This document shows positions 10,622-19,740 of a DNA stretch of 64,000 bases, piece after piece; the stretch's first letter is position 1, and each line of letters starts with the position of its first letter. A program made the position numbers and the translations under genes. The DNA lies in IMG/VR virus record IMGVR_UViG_3300028591_000076, positions 160,001 to 224,000 of that record. The stretch is one strand, 5' to 3'. The DNA comes from a virus. Lineage: Duplodnaviria > Caudoviricetes. The notes under the pieces were generated by a model that was not told the origin of the DNA, made no database searches, and saw only the letters and a program-made list of their open reading frames with translations.

Positions 10622-12460
10622 CTAGATATAGGATATTAAAACAACATATTCATTATTTGAGCCAAAATGACTTTTATTTGTTAAAGTCTCTACAATTTTA
10701 TCTTTATATTTTTCAGTTTCATCAACTACGAATAGGTATCTTTTACATTTATATTTTTCAATACAAATATCAATCCATTCATCACAAGATTTCTCAATTT
10801 CATTCTTGTCTTTGGACCAATGCTCTTTTCCTCCATATGGAGGACAAGTAAATAAACAAGTATTATTGCCAAAGTCATATCCTTTTGACCTTAAGATATC
10901 TTGTATAACTACAAAATTCGAGCCTTGCATATTTATATATCTTAAAATCTCATTTGACTCTCTTACATGGTCTTCATTTATATCTTGGCCAAAATAATCC
11001 TTACCACATCTAATTGTGCCGAGCATTCTTCCACTAAAGCCAGAAAATGGATCAAATATTGAGTCACAGTCATTTAAGTATTTTTTAATAAGGTCCTCTG
11101 CTAATTTTGGCTTAAATACTGTAACTTTATTTGCTATTCTAGTTACATTAAAACCTTGCAAAATATCGGAAGGCCTACAATGACCCTTATATTTTAATCT
11201 ATTAAGCGCAACCTTCTTAATTATATTTTTATCTTCCCAAGCTTCTCTAGGGGAAATCTTACCTTCTCTAGTAGCATCATAGATAGACTTATGAAAATGA
11301 TGTATTAAGCCCATATCTGTTGTATCTGATAAATCTGAGTTAAGATAAGGAAATGGTAAGTCAACTAAAAATAAGTCAATATAGTCTTTTGTATATTTAT
11401 TATTGACATACTGTAATATTGGCTTTATATCATTTTCTGTAAAAAATACAACATTATTATCAAGCGCACATTGATGTTTTGCTTCAAACTTATCATCTAG
11501 GCTTCTATCAAATGGATTTATCATTTTTCCATTAATATCACCATTTTCAAAAAATTGTGTACCTTTTATTTCAATAAGAGACCCGTTATATTTAAAGTCG
11601 GGATAATACATATATTCAGTATCATTATAATAATATACAAAAGGGTCTTGTACTCTAGATATATCTAAATTATTATCTTTCGCATAAATCCATAAGGCTA
11701 ACTCCCAACTTGAATCAAAGTACTCGCCATCATAAAGATACTTCTTATATCTCTTATACTGAAAATCTACAGTTTGTGAATAAGATGGAACGCCATATTT
11801 TTCTAAACAGGTTTGCCTTGCTTTTTCACGAATAATATTAGACTGCATAACATTAGATACACCATACCTATGTGAAATACTTTCTTTACTTCTATCCTTA
11901 AATTCTTGAGTATGCATATAACTCTCTTCATTATATCGCTGTTTACAAGTATCTATTGCTTTAAGTCTATTATTATAATATGGGTCATTATATAATTCTA
12001 ATTTAGTCTTTTTAGATTTTTCTATATTTTCATTATAACAATTTTCTACACTACCAAAATTACGTATTTTAGTTTCTTTTGCTGCTTCCTTAAATGAATC
12101 AGACTTAACATATGCATCTACACCATATTTTTCTAAACAAGTATTTCTAGCTTTATCCGAATTTACATAATGTGGATTATTATATTTTTCTATTTTTGTT
12201 TTAGCACTTTTTTCTTTTATACTATTCAACTTAAAAACATTAGTAACACCATACCTTTCTTTACATGTTTCTTTTACTTTTGTAGACATAATTTGTAGAG
12301 TACAATGTCTACAATATGGAGACCTCTTATATGCTTTTATAGATTTAATTGTTTCAACTGAACAATTAGAACAATTAAATATAACTTTTTGTAAGGGCCG
12401 CCAATCATCAATATTAGAAGGTAATAATATTGGCTCACTTGAAAAATTTAATTTTTTCAT
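10622..12460 (-). CDS. Zn-finger/KYGV-repeat PD-(D/E)XK homing-endonuclease-like protein fused to an amino-DNA-methyltransferase domain
   Basis: FDSSWE..YYPDF..IEIKG nuclease core; C-terminal FDPFSGFSGR (SAM-binding motif I) and FTCPPY (motif IV variant); lies between nrdD and nrdG. Confidence 0.75.
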   Translation of the reverse strand: MKKLNFSSEPILLPSNIDDWRPLQKVIFNCSNCSVETIKSIKAYKRSPYCRHCTLQIMSTKVKETCKERYGVTNVFKLNSIKEKSAKTKIEKYNNPHYVNSDKARNTCLEKYGVDAYVKSDSFKEAAKETKIRNFGSVENCYNENIEKSKKTKLELYNDPYYNNRLKAIDTCKQRYNEESYMHTQEFKDRSKESISHRYGVSNVMQSNIIREKARQTCLEKYGVPSYSQTVDFQYKRYKKYLYDGEYFDSSWELALWIYAKDNNLDISRVQDPFVYYYNDTEYMYYPDFKYNGSLIEIKGTQFFENGDINGKMINPFDRSLDDKFEAKHQCALDNNVVFFTENDIKPILQYVNNKYTKDYIDLFLVDLPFPYLNSDLSDTTDMGLIHHFHKSIYDATREGKISPREAWEDKNIIKKVALNRLKYKGHCRPSDILQGFNVTRIANKVTVFKPKLAEDLIKKYLNDCDSIFDPFSGFSGRMLGTIRCGKDYFGQDINEDHVRESNEILRYINMQGSNFVVIQDILRSKGYDFGNNTCLFTCPPYGGKEHWSKDKNEIEKSCDEWIDICIEKYKCKRYLFVVDETEKYKDKIVETLTNKSHFGSNNEYVVLISYI

Positions 12461-12480
12461 AAATAAATATTAACTATAAA

Positions 12481-12508
12481 AAAAGACTAGCATAAATGCT
12501 AGTCTTTT
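12481..12508. terminator. Intrinsic terminator after nrdD
   Basis: AAAAGACTAGCA-TAAA-TGCTAGTCTTTT. Confidence 0.75.
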
Positions 12509-12528
12509 ATATTTAGATTATATTATCC

Positions 12529-13647
12529 TTAAGCTTTCGCTTTAATCCAATTTTTCAAATTATTAACATGCACGTAGCGGTCTTTCTTTTCCATTCGCTT
12601 ACCCTGATTAAAATGGGAAACTTTTGTACTAAGATATCCTGTAATTCTTGCATAATCATTTATATATTTTTCATGATTTGCACCGCACTGTGGACAGTCT
12701 TCATCATCTTTTATATAGCCAGAATAACCACATTGCGTACAGTCTGAAAACAGTACATTTAAGGCAAAATATGGCACGTCTTTTTCCATTGCATAATCTA
12801 CAATTTGTTCTAAGGCTTCAAGATTATTTACTGCATTATCGCCAATTTCTACATATGTAATACAGCCTGCAATAGAATATCCGGTAAGTTGGCTTTCTAT
12901 ATCAATCTTTTCAAATGGTGAAATTTCTTTCCAAACTGGAACATGAATACTATTTGTAAAATATCCTCTAGGAACAAGCTTACCATTCTGGTCTCTATAT
13001 GCATTTACATTTTCAATAAGTCCATATTTCTTTGTAAATTTATTAAATGATGTAAGGCATAAAGACTCGGCGGGAGTATAGTAAACACCAAAGTTAAGCT
13101 TATAATTTTCCTTATACTCTTTACACTTTTTCTGGAAAAGCTCTTCTATTCGTTTTGCTAATGCCATTCCTTTAGGGTCTGTATGGTCATGACCAATAAG
13201 AATTTGAAGAGTCTCTGCTAGACCAATTTGGCCAATAGCTAAAGTTCCATGTTTTAATACGCCACGAATACCTTCTTTTTCAAACTCGTCATTATACGAG
13301 AAGAAAGTACCATTTGTATACATAAAATCGGCAGAAGCTGGGTCCTGTGAACAAATCCAATCAAATCTCTCGAGAAGCTCATCTTTACAGTCACCGATTG
13401 CTTTTTCAAGAATATCCATGAAATAGTCTACTACATAATCATTAGCATCATCTTTCTCAGCTTTTCTTTTTGCTTCCATAGCTAATGTTGGAAGAATAAC
13501 TGTTGCTGGCGCAATATTACCTCTTCCATCTTTCATATGTGATGATGTTATTGGCGCTTCTGGTATATCTTCCCCATTTATTAATGCTTTTATCGATCTC
13601 TCAAAGTCTGCTTTCCAATTTATATCCCATCCACTATAAGTTCTACA
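12529..13647 (-). CDS. nrdD: Anaerobic ribonucleotide reductase, C-terminal polypeptide, exon 2
   Basis: Starts with CRT (catalytic Cys); KDGRGN, YYTPAESLC, YFTNSIHVP, Zn ribbon CxxC..CxxC and glycyl-radical RITGYL. The track's start at 13659 lies inside the intron. Confidence 0.92.
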   Translation of the reverse strand, partial: CRTYSGWDINWKADFERSIKALINGEDIPEAPITSSHMKDGRGNIAPATVILPTLAMEAKRKAEKDDANDYVVDYFMDILEKAIGDCKDELLERFDWICSQDPASADFMYTNGTFFSYNDEFEKEGIRGVLKHGTLAIGQIGLAETLQILIGHDHTDPKGMALAKRIEELFQKKCKEYKENYKLNFGVYYTPAESLCLTSFNKFTKKYGLIENVNAYRDQNGKLVPRGYFTNSIHVPVWKEISPFEKIDIESQLTGYSIAGCITYVEIGDNAVNNLEALEQIVDYAMEKDVPYFALNVLFSDCTQCGYSGYIKDDEDCPQCGANHEKYINDYARITGYLSTKVSHFNQGKRMEKKDRYVHVNNLKNWIKAKA

Positions 13648-14708
13648 CGTTTTTACCAAATGTTACCATCTGAACTGACTATATCTTCCGTTTAATGAAA
13701 AAACGGTCTTCTGTTTCGAGACGCGCTAATCCCGTCCCTACTTGGCTACACTCATCACCAATAGTCGATACACATTTAGAAACTAAAATGAAACAAGCCA
13801 ACCATTTATTATAGCGCCATTTAATAATGCGCCTGACTGCCTACAGCTATATCCTAAAAAATTCATTGCTAGATGTTTTGATGGAAATTCTTTTAATTCA
13901 TCACCTTTTTTAAGAATAACTCTTGTACCTCTTCGTCTTGATAAAGAATTATTTTCAAAAGAGTCTATGTATTCATTATTCTCAAGAGCAAACAGCCACT
14001 CATTTCTCCACAAACTTAAACACTTATTATTTACACGGCTCATAATTACATTTTTATTTTTTATATTAAAAAAGTTAAGACACTCCGTAATAGTATCAAA
14101 ATAATGTTCTTCATTTGTTAAGACAGACTTACATTTTATCTGCTTACTAGCGCCGTTATTTCTGCCAGAATTAGATTTCGATATTTTCGATTTAATATCT
14201 CCCATCTCTTTTGGACTTTTATTTAAGTATGTATTTCCACCTTCGCCACCTAAGGCTGAATTATAACCAAAGTTGTTATCAGTTGACTTATAAAAACTTA
14301 TCCAATATCGTTCTTTTTCATTCAAGTCTTGCTGGCTATTTGCTTCATCTATTTTCTCAATTTTAAAAGCGTCTCTACCATATTTTTTAATAGCCCGTTG
14401 AAAATGTATTGTAGGATTTTCCGATCTTTCAGCATCTCTTATATGCCTTTCAAATCGTGACTCCATAGTTCTTATTGTCTGTCCAATATAAACTTTGTTA
14501 TTAACTGTGCAGGTAATCTTGTAAATAATTCCGTTCATTTTGTCTCCTTTAGCACGGTCTCATCCTAGAAGGACCTAACCGTTAGCCATACTAATTTAAT
14601 TAGTTGTAGAACCTTTAATTGTATTATTAAACGTTCTGCAATAACCTTTTGTATGACACCCCTTTAGCATAGGTTAAGAAGATTTTATATGAGCTATAGT
14701 TTACACTT
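13648..14708 (-). mobile_element. Group I self-splicing intron in nrdD (1061 nt)
   Basis: 5' exon ends AUGGGU and pairs with IGS GCUCAU (U-G wobble at the splice site); P10 CUAUA/UGUAG; P7 from UCGACUA and AAGAUAUAGUC; terminal G at 13648; splicing restores STMG|CRT in frame. Confidence 0.92.
13783..14538 (-). CDS. Intron-encoded GIY-YIG homing endonuclease
   Basis: GIIYKITCTVNNKVYIGQT..R..H, E..WI, GYN..GG; NUMOD-like tail; AAGGAG RBS; ACTAATT motif at 14598-14604. Confidence 0.92.
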   Translation of the reverse strand: MNGIIYKITCTVNNKVYIGQTIRTMESRFERHIRDAERSENPTIHFQRAIKKYGRDAFKIEKIDEANSQQDLNEKERYWISFYKSTDNNFGYNSALGGEGGNTYLNKSPKEMGDIKSKISKSNSGRNNGASKQIKCKSVLTNEEHYFDTITECLNFFNIKNKNVIMSRVNNKCLSLWRNEWLFALENNEYIDSFENNSLSRRRGTRVILKKGDELKEFPSKHLAMNFLGYSCRQSGALLNGAIINGWLVSF

Positions 14709-14762
14709 ACCCATAGTGCTAGGAATTGTCCGAGGATCAAATTCTCTAGCCTTAAGTTTCAT
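14709..14762 (-). CDS. nrdD: nrdD C-terminal polypeptide, exon 1 (MKLKAREFDPRTIPSTMG)
   Basis: Has its own TAGGAG RBS and ATG just after the stop of the N-terminal gene; encodes the conserved DPRT..STMG that precedes CRT. Confidence 0.85.
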
Positions 14763-14781
14763 TCTATATTTTCACTCCTAT

Positions 14782-16212
14782 TTATTCAACAATATCAATT
14801 CCTAAAATATCGCTTAATTTAGGATCCTTCTGTATTCTTTCAATAAGTTTCTGTTGTTGTTCTTCTGTTAAAGAATTCAAAAACTTATTTTTATAATCCG
14901 CATCATTCCATCCAGCGTCCTGACTCCAGTCACAGTTAACATAGTTAGGGTACATTCTCATAGATGTACATTTTATAGCATGTTTATAAAGGTCATAATT
15001 TGGTGATCCCTTATCATTTACGCCTTTCATCTTCTGGAAAATCTGACAAGGGAAAATTGATGTTTGTCCATTACCCGTGCCTCTAATAGTTGCGTCAAGA
15101 ATTGCGCGAATAATAATACGGCCTTCTGGAAGCGTACATGTACCGTAGTTAATAGAGCTAAATGGTAACTGATTACCTGAGCGGGACTGAAGAGAATTCA
15201 AATTATGAAGCATACCTTCTGCGCCTTGTTTAGCTTCCTGAATTGTATCAAATACGGCAGATTGTCTTAATTTAGGGTCTAACTTTTTATTATCAAAAGT
15301 AAAGTCTTCTTTTTTCAAGCCCATTCTATCGAGATACTCTTTCTTATGTTCATTTATCCAGTCTTCTAGCTTATTTCTCCATACGCCAGACTCATCCTTA
15401 TAATCTTTAAACATAAGGTCTGGTAAATCTAGTGTTTCAAATTCGTCTGTAGTTTTTAAGTAAGCAATAATATAATGCTTCATAAAAGACTTACGAACAT
15501 AAGGTACTAATGTCCAGTCTATATGAGTAGCTGCAACACCACCAAACTGTTGTAAAGACTGTAACTGAAAATATACTGCAATAAGCTGAAATGCAGTGTT
15601 AACTGATCCTGCTGGTCTAATAATAGTTTGTCTAGTCTTAACACATTTTGATAGAAGCTCGTCCATTGGAACTGAAAGACAATTATGCATACCTAGAATA
15701 TATGAATCTAGGTCATGAATATAAACTCTATTATTAATATGATTTTTGGCAAATCTTGGAGATATATAATAATTTAATGCATGCTCTTTTAAAAAGGCCG
15801 AGTCCATTTCTCCTTTACGGCCACCAAAAGAAAACTCATCAAGATTTGCATTTTGATGTTCTCCACCGTCAGATTTCTTCACTAGAAGCTTTGATTCCAT
15901 AACGCCAACGAGTGGTAATCTCTTAAATCTAGCAGCATCTCTTTCTTGACGGTATGTCATATATTGACGTGCAACTTCAAAACAGTTATTCTTCATAAGG
16001 GCATTTTCTACTGCCTTATGAACATCTACAACATCTACATCCGCATTTTCATCCGTATTTTTCTTTAGAAAAGACAAAGCTGTTGATACAACTTTTTCAA
16101 TCTTTTCATCATCTAGCTTAACTTCAACTTTAGAATTAGCTTTTTTTATAGCTCTAAATATTTTCTGTGGGTCAAAGTCTTGCTTTTTTCCATCTCTTTT
16201 AATGACTCTCAT
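14782..16212 (-). CDS. nrdD: Anaerobic ribonucleotide reductase, N-terminal polypeptide (ATP cone plus first half)
   Basis: VIKRDG ATP cone, NANLDE, YIHDLD, HNC, QFGG, HNLNSLQSRSGNQLPFSSINYG, FPCQIF, RMYPNY; ends at TAA 14782. Confidence 0.93.
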   Translation of the reverse strand: MRVIKRDGKKQDFDPQKIFRAIKKANSKVEVKLDDEKIEKVVSTALSFLKKNTDENADVDVVDVHKAVENALMKNNCFEVARQYMTYRQERDAARFKRLPLVGVMESKLLVKKSDGGEHQNANLDEFSFGGRKGEMDSAFLKEHALNYYISPRFAKNHINNRVYIHDLDSYILGMHNCLSVPMDELLSKCVKTRQTIIRPAGSVNTAFQLIAVYFQLQSLQQFGGVAATHIDWTLVPYVRKSFMKHYIIAYLKTTDEFETLDLPDLMFKDYKDESGVWRNKLEDWINEHKKEYLDRMGLKKEDFTFDNKKLDPKLRQSAVFDTIQEAKQGAEGMLHNLNSLQSRSGNQLPFSSINYGTCTLPEGRIIIRAILDATIRGTGNGQTSIFPCQIFQKMKGVNDKGSPNYDLYKHAIKCTSMRMYPNYVNCDWSQDAGWNDADYKNKFLNSLTEEQQQKLIERIQKDPKLSDILGIDIVE

Positions 16213-16277
16213 ATTTCTTTATGAAAACCTCTTTTCTTAATTTTCTAGCATGATAGATATAGTTAGTTAGTGGTCTT

Positions 16278-18347
16278 CTAATAATTGCTATCAAGTGAAA
16301 ACTTTCCGTGTTCTACGTAATATGTTCTTACGCCTTCAGCATTAGACCTTACAATATCTCTTACTCCGCTCTTATGTGAAATAAAAAATACCTGGTCAAA
16401 TAATCCATTTGTAAATAAAGACTTAAATAATTTTTCAGCGTTTCCATCTGAGCTATGACCATCTGGCTCATCAAAAAAAGCAAATGGTAAACTATAAAGT
16501 TTACATAATGATACCTTAAATGCTAAAGTTAACAGGTCTTTTTCAAAACCTGATGCCATTTTAGCATTAGACATATCATCTTTATCAAAATTATTTTCTT
16601 TAGTATAGAAAAATTCTATACCTTTCTTATTTTGAAAAAGCTTAACTTCCATGTCTGGAAATACAACATGAATAAAATTATTCATTTCATCTTGTAATAT
16701 ATCACATGTTTTAACTGTAAGATAATCTGGTAAATTCTTACTTAATAAAGTATAAGCTTCTTTATATACTTTTTCATTCTTCTCTGCTTCCTCAATTTCA
16801 GCTTGAGTTTTAGTAGAGTCTTCTGTTAACTGTGCAATCTCATTTAATATAATTGTATTTGTTTTAATTATATTATCTCTAATAGAAATCTGCTTGTTAA
16901 TCTCATTGAGCTGTGCTTGTCCATTTTGTAAATCCCTATTAAGACTCTCATATTCTTGAAGAGACTTTTCTAGATTTTTCTGCTCTAAAGTAATTTGGGC
17001 TTCTTCCTTAGATAACTTATCTAATTCCGCATTCTTCTCTGGTAAAGATGATACTAGAGACTCTAATGAACTTATTTGATTTTGTAATGACTCTCTATTT
17101 CTAGTATTATTACTAATAGTACTATTATTAGTGGCCAACTTATTTGATAATTCTGATAACTTAGAATTTTTATTAGCCTTATCAGAAATTACACTATTTA
17201 AGTCATTTTGATTTTCTACACTTCTATTATTAATTGTCTCCAGCTGTTTAGTTACTTCTGCAAAAGACTTTTCATATTCAGTTCTATCAGCGTCTGTAAA
17301 TACATGACCACATTCAGGGCATTTTCCAGAGTCAATTAAACTTAGATGTTTTTTTATACTCTGTAAATTTGAAGATACTTCTGCTGTTTCTTTTATAAGA
17401 TTACTCTTTATATCTTCTAGAGTAGACTGTTTTTCTGACAACTCTAAAATTTCAGTATTTAATTTACTAATATCTTCAGTAATTGATAAAACTTCGCTAG
17501 ATAACTGTTGATTATCAGTCTCACACTTTAAAAGTGACTCTTTCATAGATGAAAGATTAGCTGTTTGAGTATTTATAGAATTAATACTACTAGATAATGT
17601 ATATTTTTGCTGTAAAATACTATTTAATGACTCATTTAATTTTTTCTGTTTTTCTGTTAAACCTGTATAATTAGAAAGTTGTTCTTGTACTACTTTTATT
17701 GCTGACTCTATTGTAGCAAGTTTATTAGAATAAATATCCTCTGGAACTTGTTGCTTTTGTCCTTCTTTAATAGATATTGCATTCTCGTTATAACTTATAT
17801 GTTCTTTTCCTTTTTTAATAATATCTCTGGCATCATCTATTTTTGTTTTACAAAAAGCTACTTCATTCTCAAAAGAAAAATTTAATAATTTTTTAAGATA
17901 ATTTGCTCTATCTGTTGGACCTTTGGAAGTAATATCGCCCGCTTTTTGCGCGGACATTAGTATATCACCAAAAAATGGCAAATCTAATTCAGCTAGAAGG
18001 GCGGTAACTTCTGAATTAATAAAAGGCTCTGGTCGCTTTGCTTTATATGTTACTTTTCTATCGAGAGTAGAAGACCCAGAACTTATAGTAATATCAAATA
18101 TAATTGGATTACCTCTAACTTCAGCATCCAAATATACTTTTGCTTCTTTTGTGCCTCGTTTTATATAATCTTTATAAGAGTCCCCCCTCTTACTTTCTGT
18201 AAGGCACAAACTTATTGCGTCCAAAACAGTACTTTTGCCATTACCATTATCTCCAAGCAAAATAATTACTCTTTGGTCCTTAAAGTCTAATTCTGCGTTA
18301 TCAACGCACATAAAATTTTTTAATTTTAATTTATTAAGCTTTATCAT
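16278..18347 (-). CDS. sbcC: SbcC/Rad50-like recombination ATPase (T4 gp46-like)
   Basis: LKNF, Walker A GDNGNGKST, Zn hook CPECG, coiled coils, signature ASGFEK, Walker B FFDEP, ISH. Confidence 0.92.
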   Translation of the reverse strand: MIKLNKLKLKNFMCVDNAELDFKDQRVIILLGDNGNGKSTVLDAISLCLTESKRGDSYKDYIKRGTKEAKVYLDAEVRGNPIIFDITISSGSSTLDRKVTYKAKRPEPFINSEVTALLAELDLPFFGDILMSAQKAGDITSKGPTDRANYLKKLLNFSFENEVAFCKTKIDDARDIIKKGKEHISYNENAISIKEGQKQQVPEDIYSNKLATIESAIKVVQEQLSNYTGLTEKQKKLNESLNSILQQKYTLSSSINSINTQTANLSSMKESLLKCETDNQQLSSEVLSITEDISKLNTEILELSEKQSTLEDIKSNLIKETAEVSSNLQSIKKHLSLIDSGKCPECGHVFTDADRTEYEKSFAEVTKQLETINNRSVENQNDLNSVISDKANKNSKLSELSNKLATNNSTISNNTRNRESLQNQISSLESLVSSLPEKNAELDKLSKEEAQITLEQKNLEKSLQEYESLNRDLQNGQAQLNEINKQISIRDNIIKTNTIILNEIAQLTEDSTKTQAEIEEAEKNEKVYKEAYTLLSKNLPDYLTVKTCDILQDEMNNFIHVVFPDMEVKLFQNKKGIEFFYTKENNFDKDDMSNAKMASGFEKDLLTLAFKVSLCKLYSLPFAFFDEPDGHSSDGNAEKLFKSLFTNGLFDQVFFISHKSGVRDIVRSNAEGVRTYYVEHGKFSLDSNY

Positions 18348-18580
18348 TTTCTCTTCGCTTTTACTAAGTCTTTTATATATGCTACAGTTACTCTTGTAGG
18401 CTTATCTTCATAATGAAGCATAGCAATATGTGGCGTTAATAGTTGATCCACCACTAACAATTGGTCAGGAGGTACTTTACAAGGACAAACTAAAAAAGGA
18501 TTTTTAATACTATGAGCCCGATAGAAATTCATCGTTTCAACTGAAGGAAACTCAATAAAACAAATATCATTTGGTTTCAA
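18344..18580 (-). CDS. Hypothetical protein
   Basis: 78-aa ORF in the operon; its stop overlaps the sbcC start. Confidence 0.5.
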   Translation of the reverse strand: MKPNDICFIEFPSVETMNFYRAHSIKNPFLVCPCKVPPDQLLVVDQLLTPHIAMLHYEDKPTRVTVAYIKDLVKAKRK

Positions 18581-18583
18581 GTA

Positions 18584-18793
18584 TTACCTTACCTTATTAG
18601 CAGAATGATAAGTCATCATCATTCCAGTCTTTAATAAATCATCTTCCTCAATATAGCCAACATTTATCTGATTATATTGCCTAGACATTTGTTTGCCACA
18701 ATTATCACAGATAACATCACCTATTTTTTCACCTGGTTTAAAATTAACAATTTTAGAGTATCCACATTCACAAATGTAATTCGCTTTAGCCAT
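18584..18793 (-). CDS. Zinc-ribbon protein (FmdB-like)
   Basis: YICECG...CDNCGKQMSRQY. Confidence 0.65.
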   Translation of the reverse strand: MAKANYICECGYSKIVNFKPGEKIGDVICDNCGKQMSRQYNQINVGYIEEDDLLKTGMMMTYHSANKVR

Positions 18794-19337
18794 TTACTAC
18801 TTCCTCTGCTTTATCCTTAAAAGACTTATATACCCTATCAAAATTATCATATATTGATACTAAATCATTATAATTAATTATATTTGCAAACTCAAATGTA
18901 CCTTTTGAAATAGAATTATAAGGTAATTTATTTAATTCTTTAAGATGAATAGAAAAGCCAACTTTATATAAGTCACTAAAATTATCATCCCACCTGAATA
19001 CAAACACCCTTTTATCAGCTCTTCCATAATCTACGCCAACTATAACAAGACTTCTAATTTCATTAGCTTTAGAATACTTTGTAAGATAATCATTTTGCCA
19101 AGGCTGTAATCTCTTAAAAGAAAAGGCACCAGGATTTTTCATAAATTTTGCTTCCCAACAAATAAAATTTAATTCATCCTTATTACCATTAAATTTATCC
19201 GCTGATAACATTCCTATACCATCAAAACATCTAATACTAGAATGTGCGCCGGTTTGAAAGCCCGACTCGTCAGGAATTTTATAACCCTCTATCATAGAAT
19301 GTTTAATAACAGTACATAATTCTGCTTCGTTCTTCAT
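18786..19337 (-). CDS. RecU-like Holliday junction resolvase (PD-(D/E)XK)
   Basis: MKNEAE, KIPD, FDGIG, WEAK, FKRLQPWQ..YL pattern. Confidence 0.65.
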   Translation of the reverse strand: MKNEAELCTVIKHSMIEGYKIPDESGFQTGAHSSIRCFDGIGMLSADKFNGNKDELNFICWEAKFMKNPGAFSFKRLQPWQNDYLTKYSKANEIRSLVIVGVDYGRADKRVFVFRWDDNFSDLYKVGFSIHLKELNKLPYNSISKGTFEFANIINYNDLVSIYDNFDRVYKSFKDKAEEVVNG

Positions 19338-19395
19338 AAATAATAAAAGCTCCTAAATTTAATTTTAGGAGCCTCCTTTTTCTAAGTTTTATAAA

Positions 19396-19740
19396 TTATA
19401 AGTGAAACCCACCTATATTATTAGGCATCTTAAAATTAGATGTCATATTATTCATCATATTTCTAGCTTGGCCCATCATATTATTACTCATAGAGTTCAT
19501 ATTACCCATAGGATTTTTAGTTAGGCCATTATTACCATTCATTGCTTCTTGTTGCTGTTTCTTAGTATGCTCATTTTCTTGTTCAACAATTGAAATTAAT
19601 GCATTATACATTGCTTTAACTGTTTCAAATGGCATCTTAAGCATTTCAGCAACACTATTATGGGTGTGTTTACTTAAACACAACATCAATTCCATCAGGC
19701 TCTGTGGTTGATATAGCTTGAAGTAAATCAAATAGGCGAA
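19396..19740 (-). CDS. gp51-like baseplate/tail assembly segment, possibly reached by +1 frameshift from the upstream gene
   Basis: LSKHTHNSVAEMLKMPF...EQEN pattern and Met/Asn-rich tail; overlaps the upstream gene in the +1 frame; no good RBS. Confidence 0.5.
   Translation of the reverse strand, partial: FAYLIYFKLYQPQSLMELMLCLSKHTHNSVAEMLKMPFETVKAMYNALISIVEQENEHTKKQQQEAMNGNNGLTKNPMGNMNSMSNNMMGQARNMMNNMTSNFKMPNNIGGFHL

Noticed and set aside
13648-13659. Track start MVKT for the nrdD C-terminal ORF
   Set aside because: Lies inside the intron 3' end; the true junction is GGT|TGT.
14763-14900. Split intein or stop-codon readthrough explaining the nrdD break
   Set aside because: No C/S-start or HN-end intein motifs; the stop is TAA; the next part is out of frame and has its own RBS.
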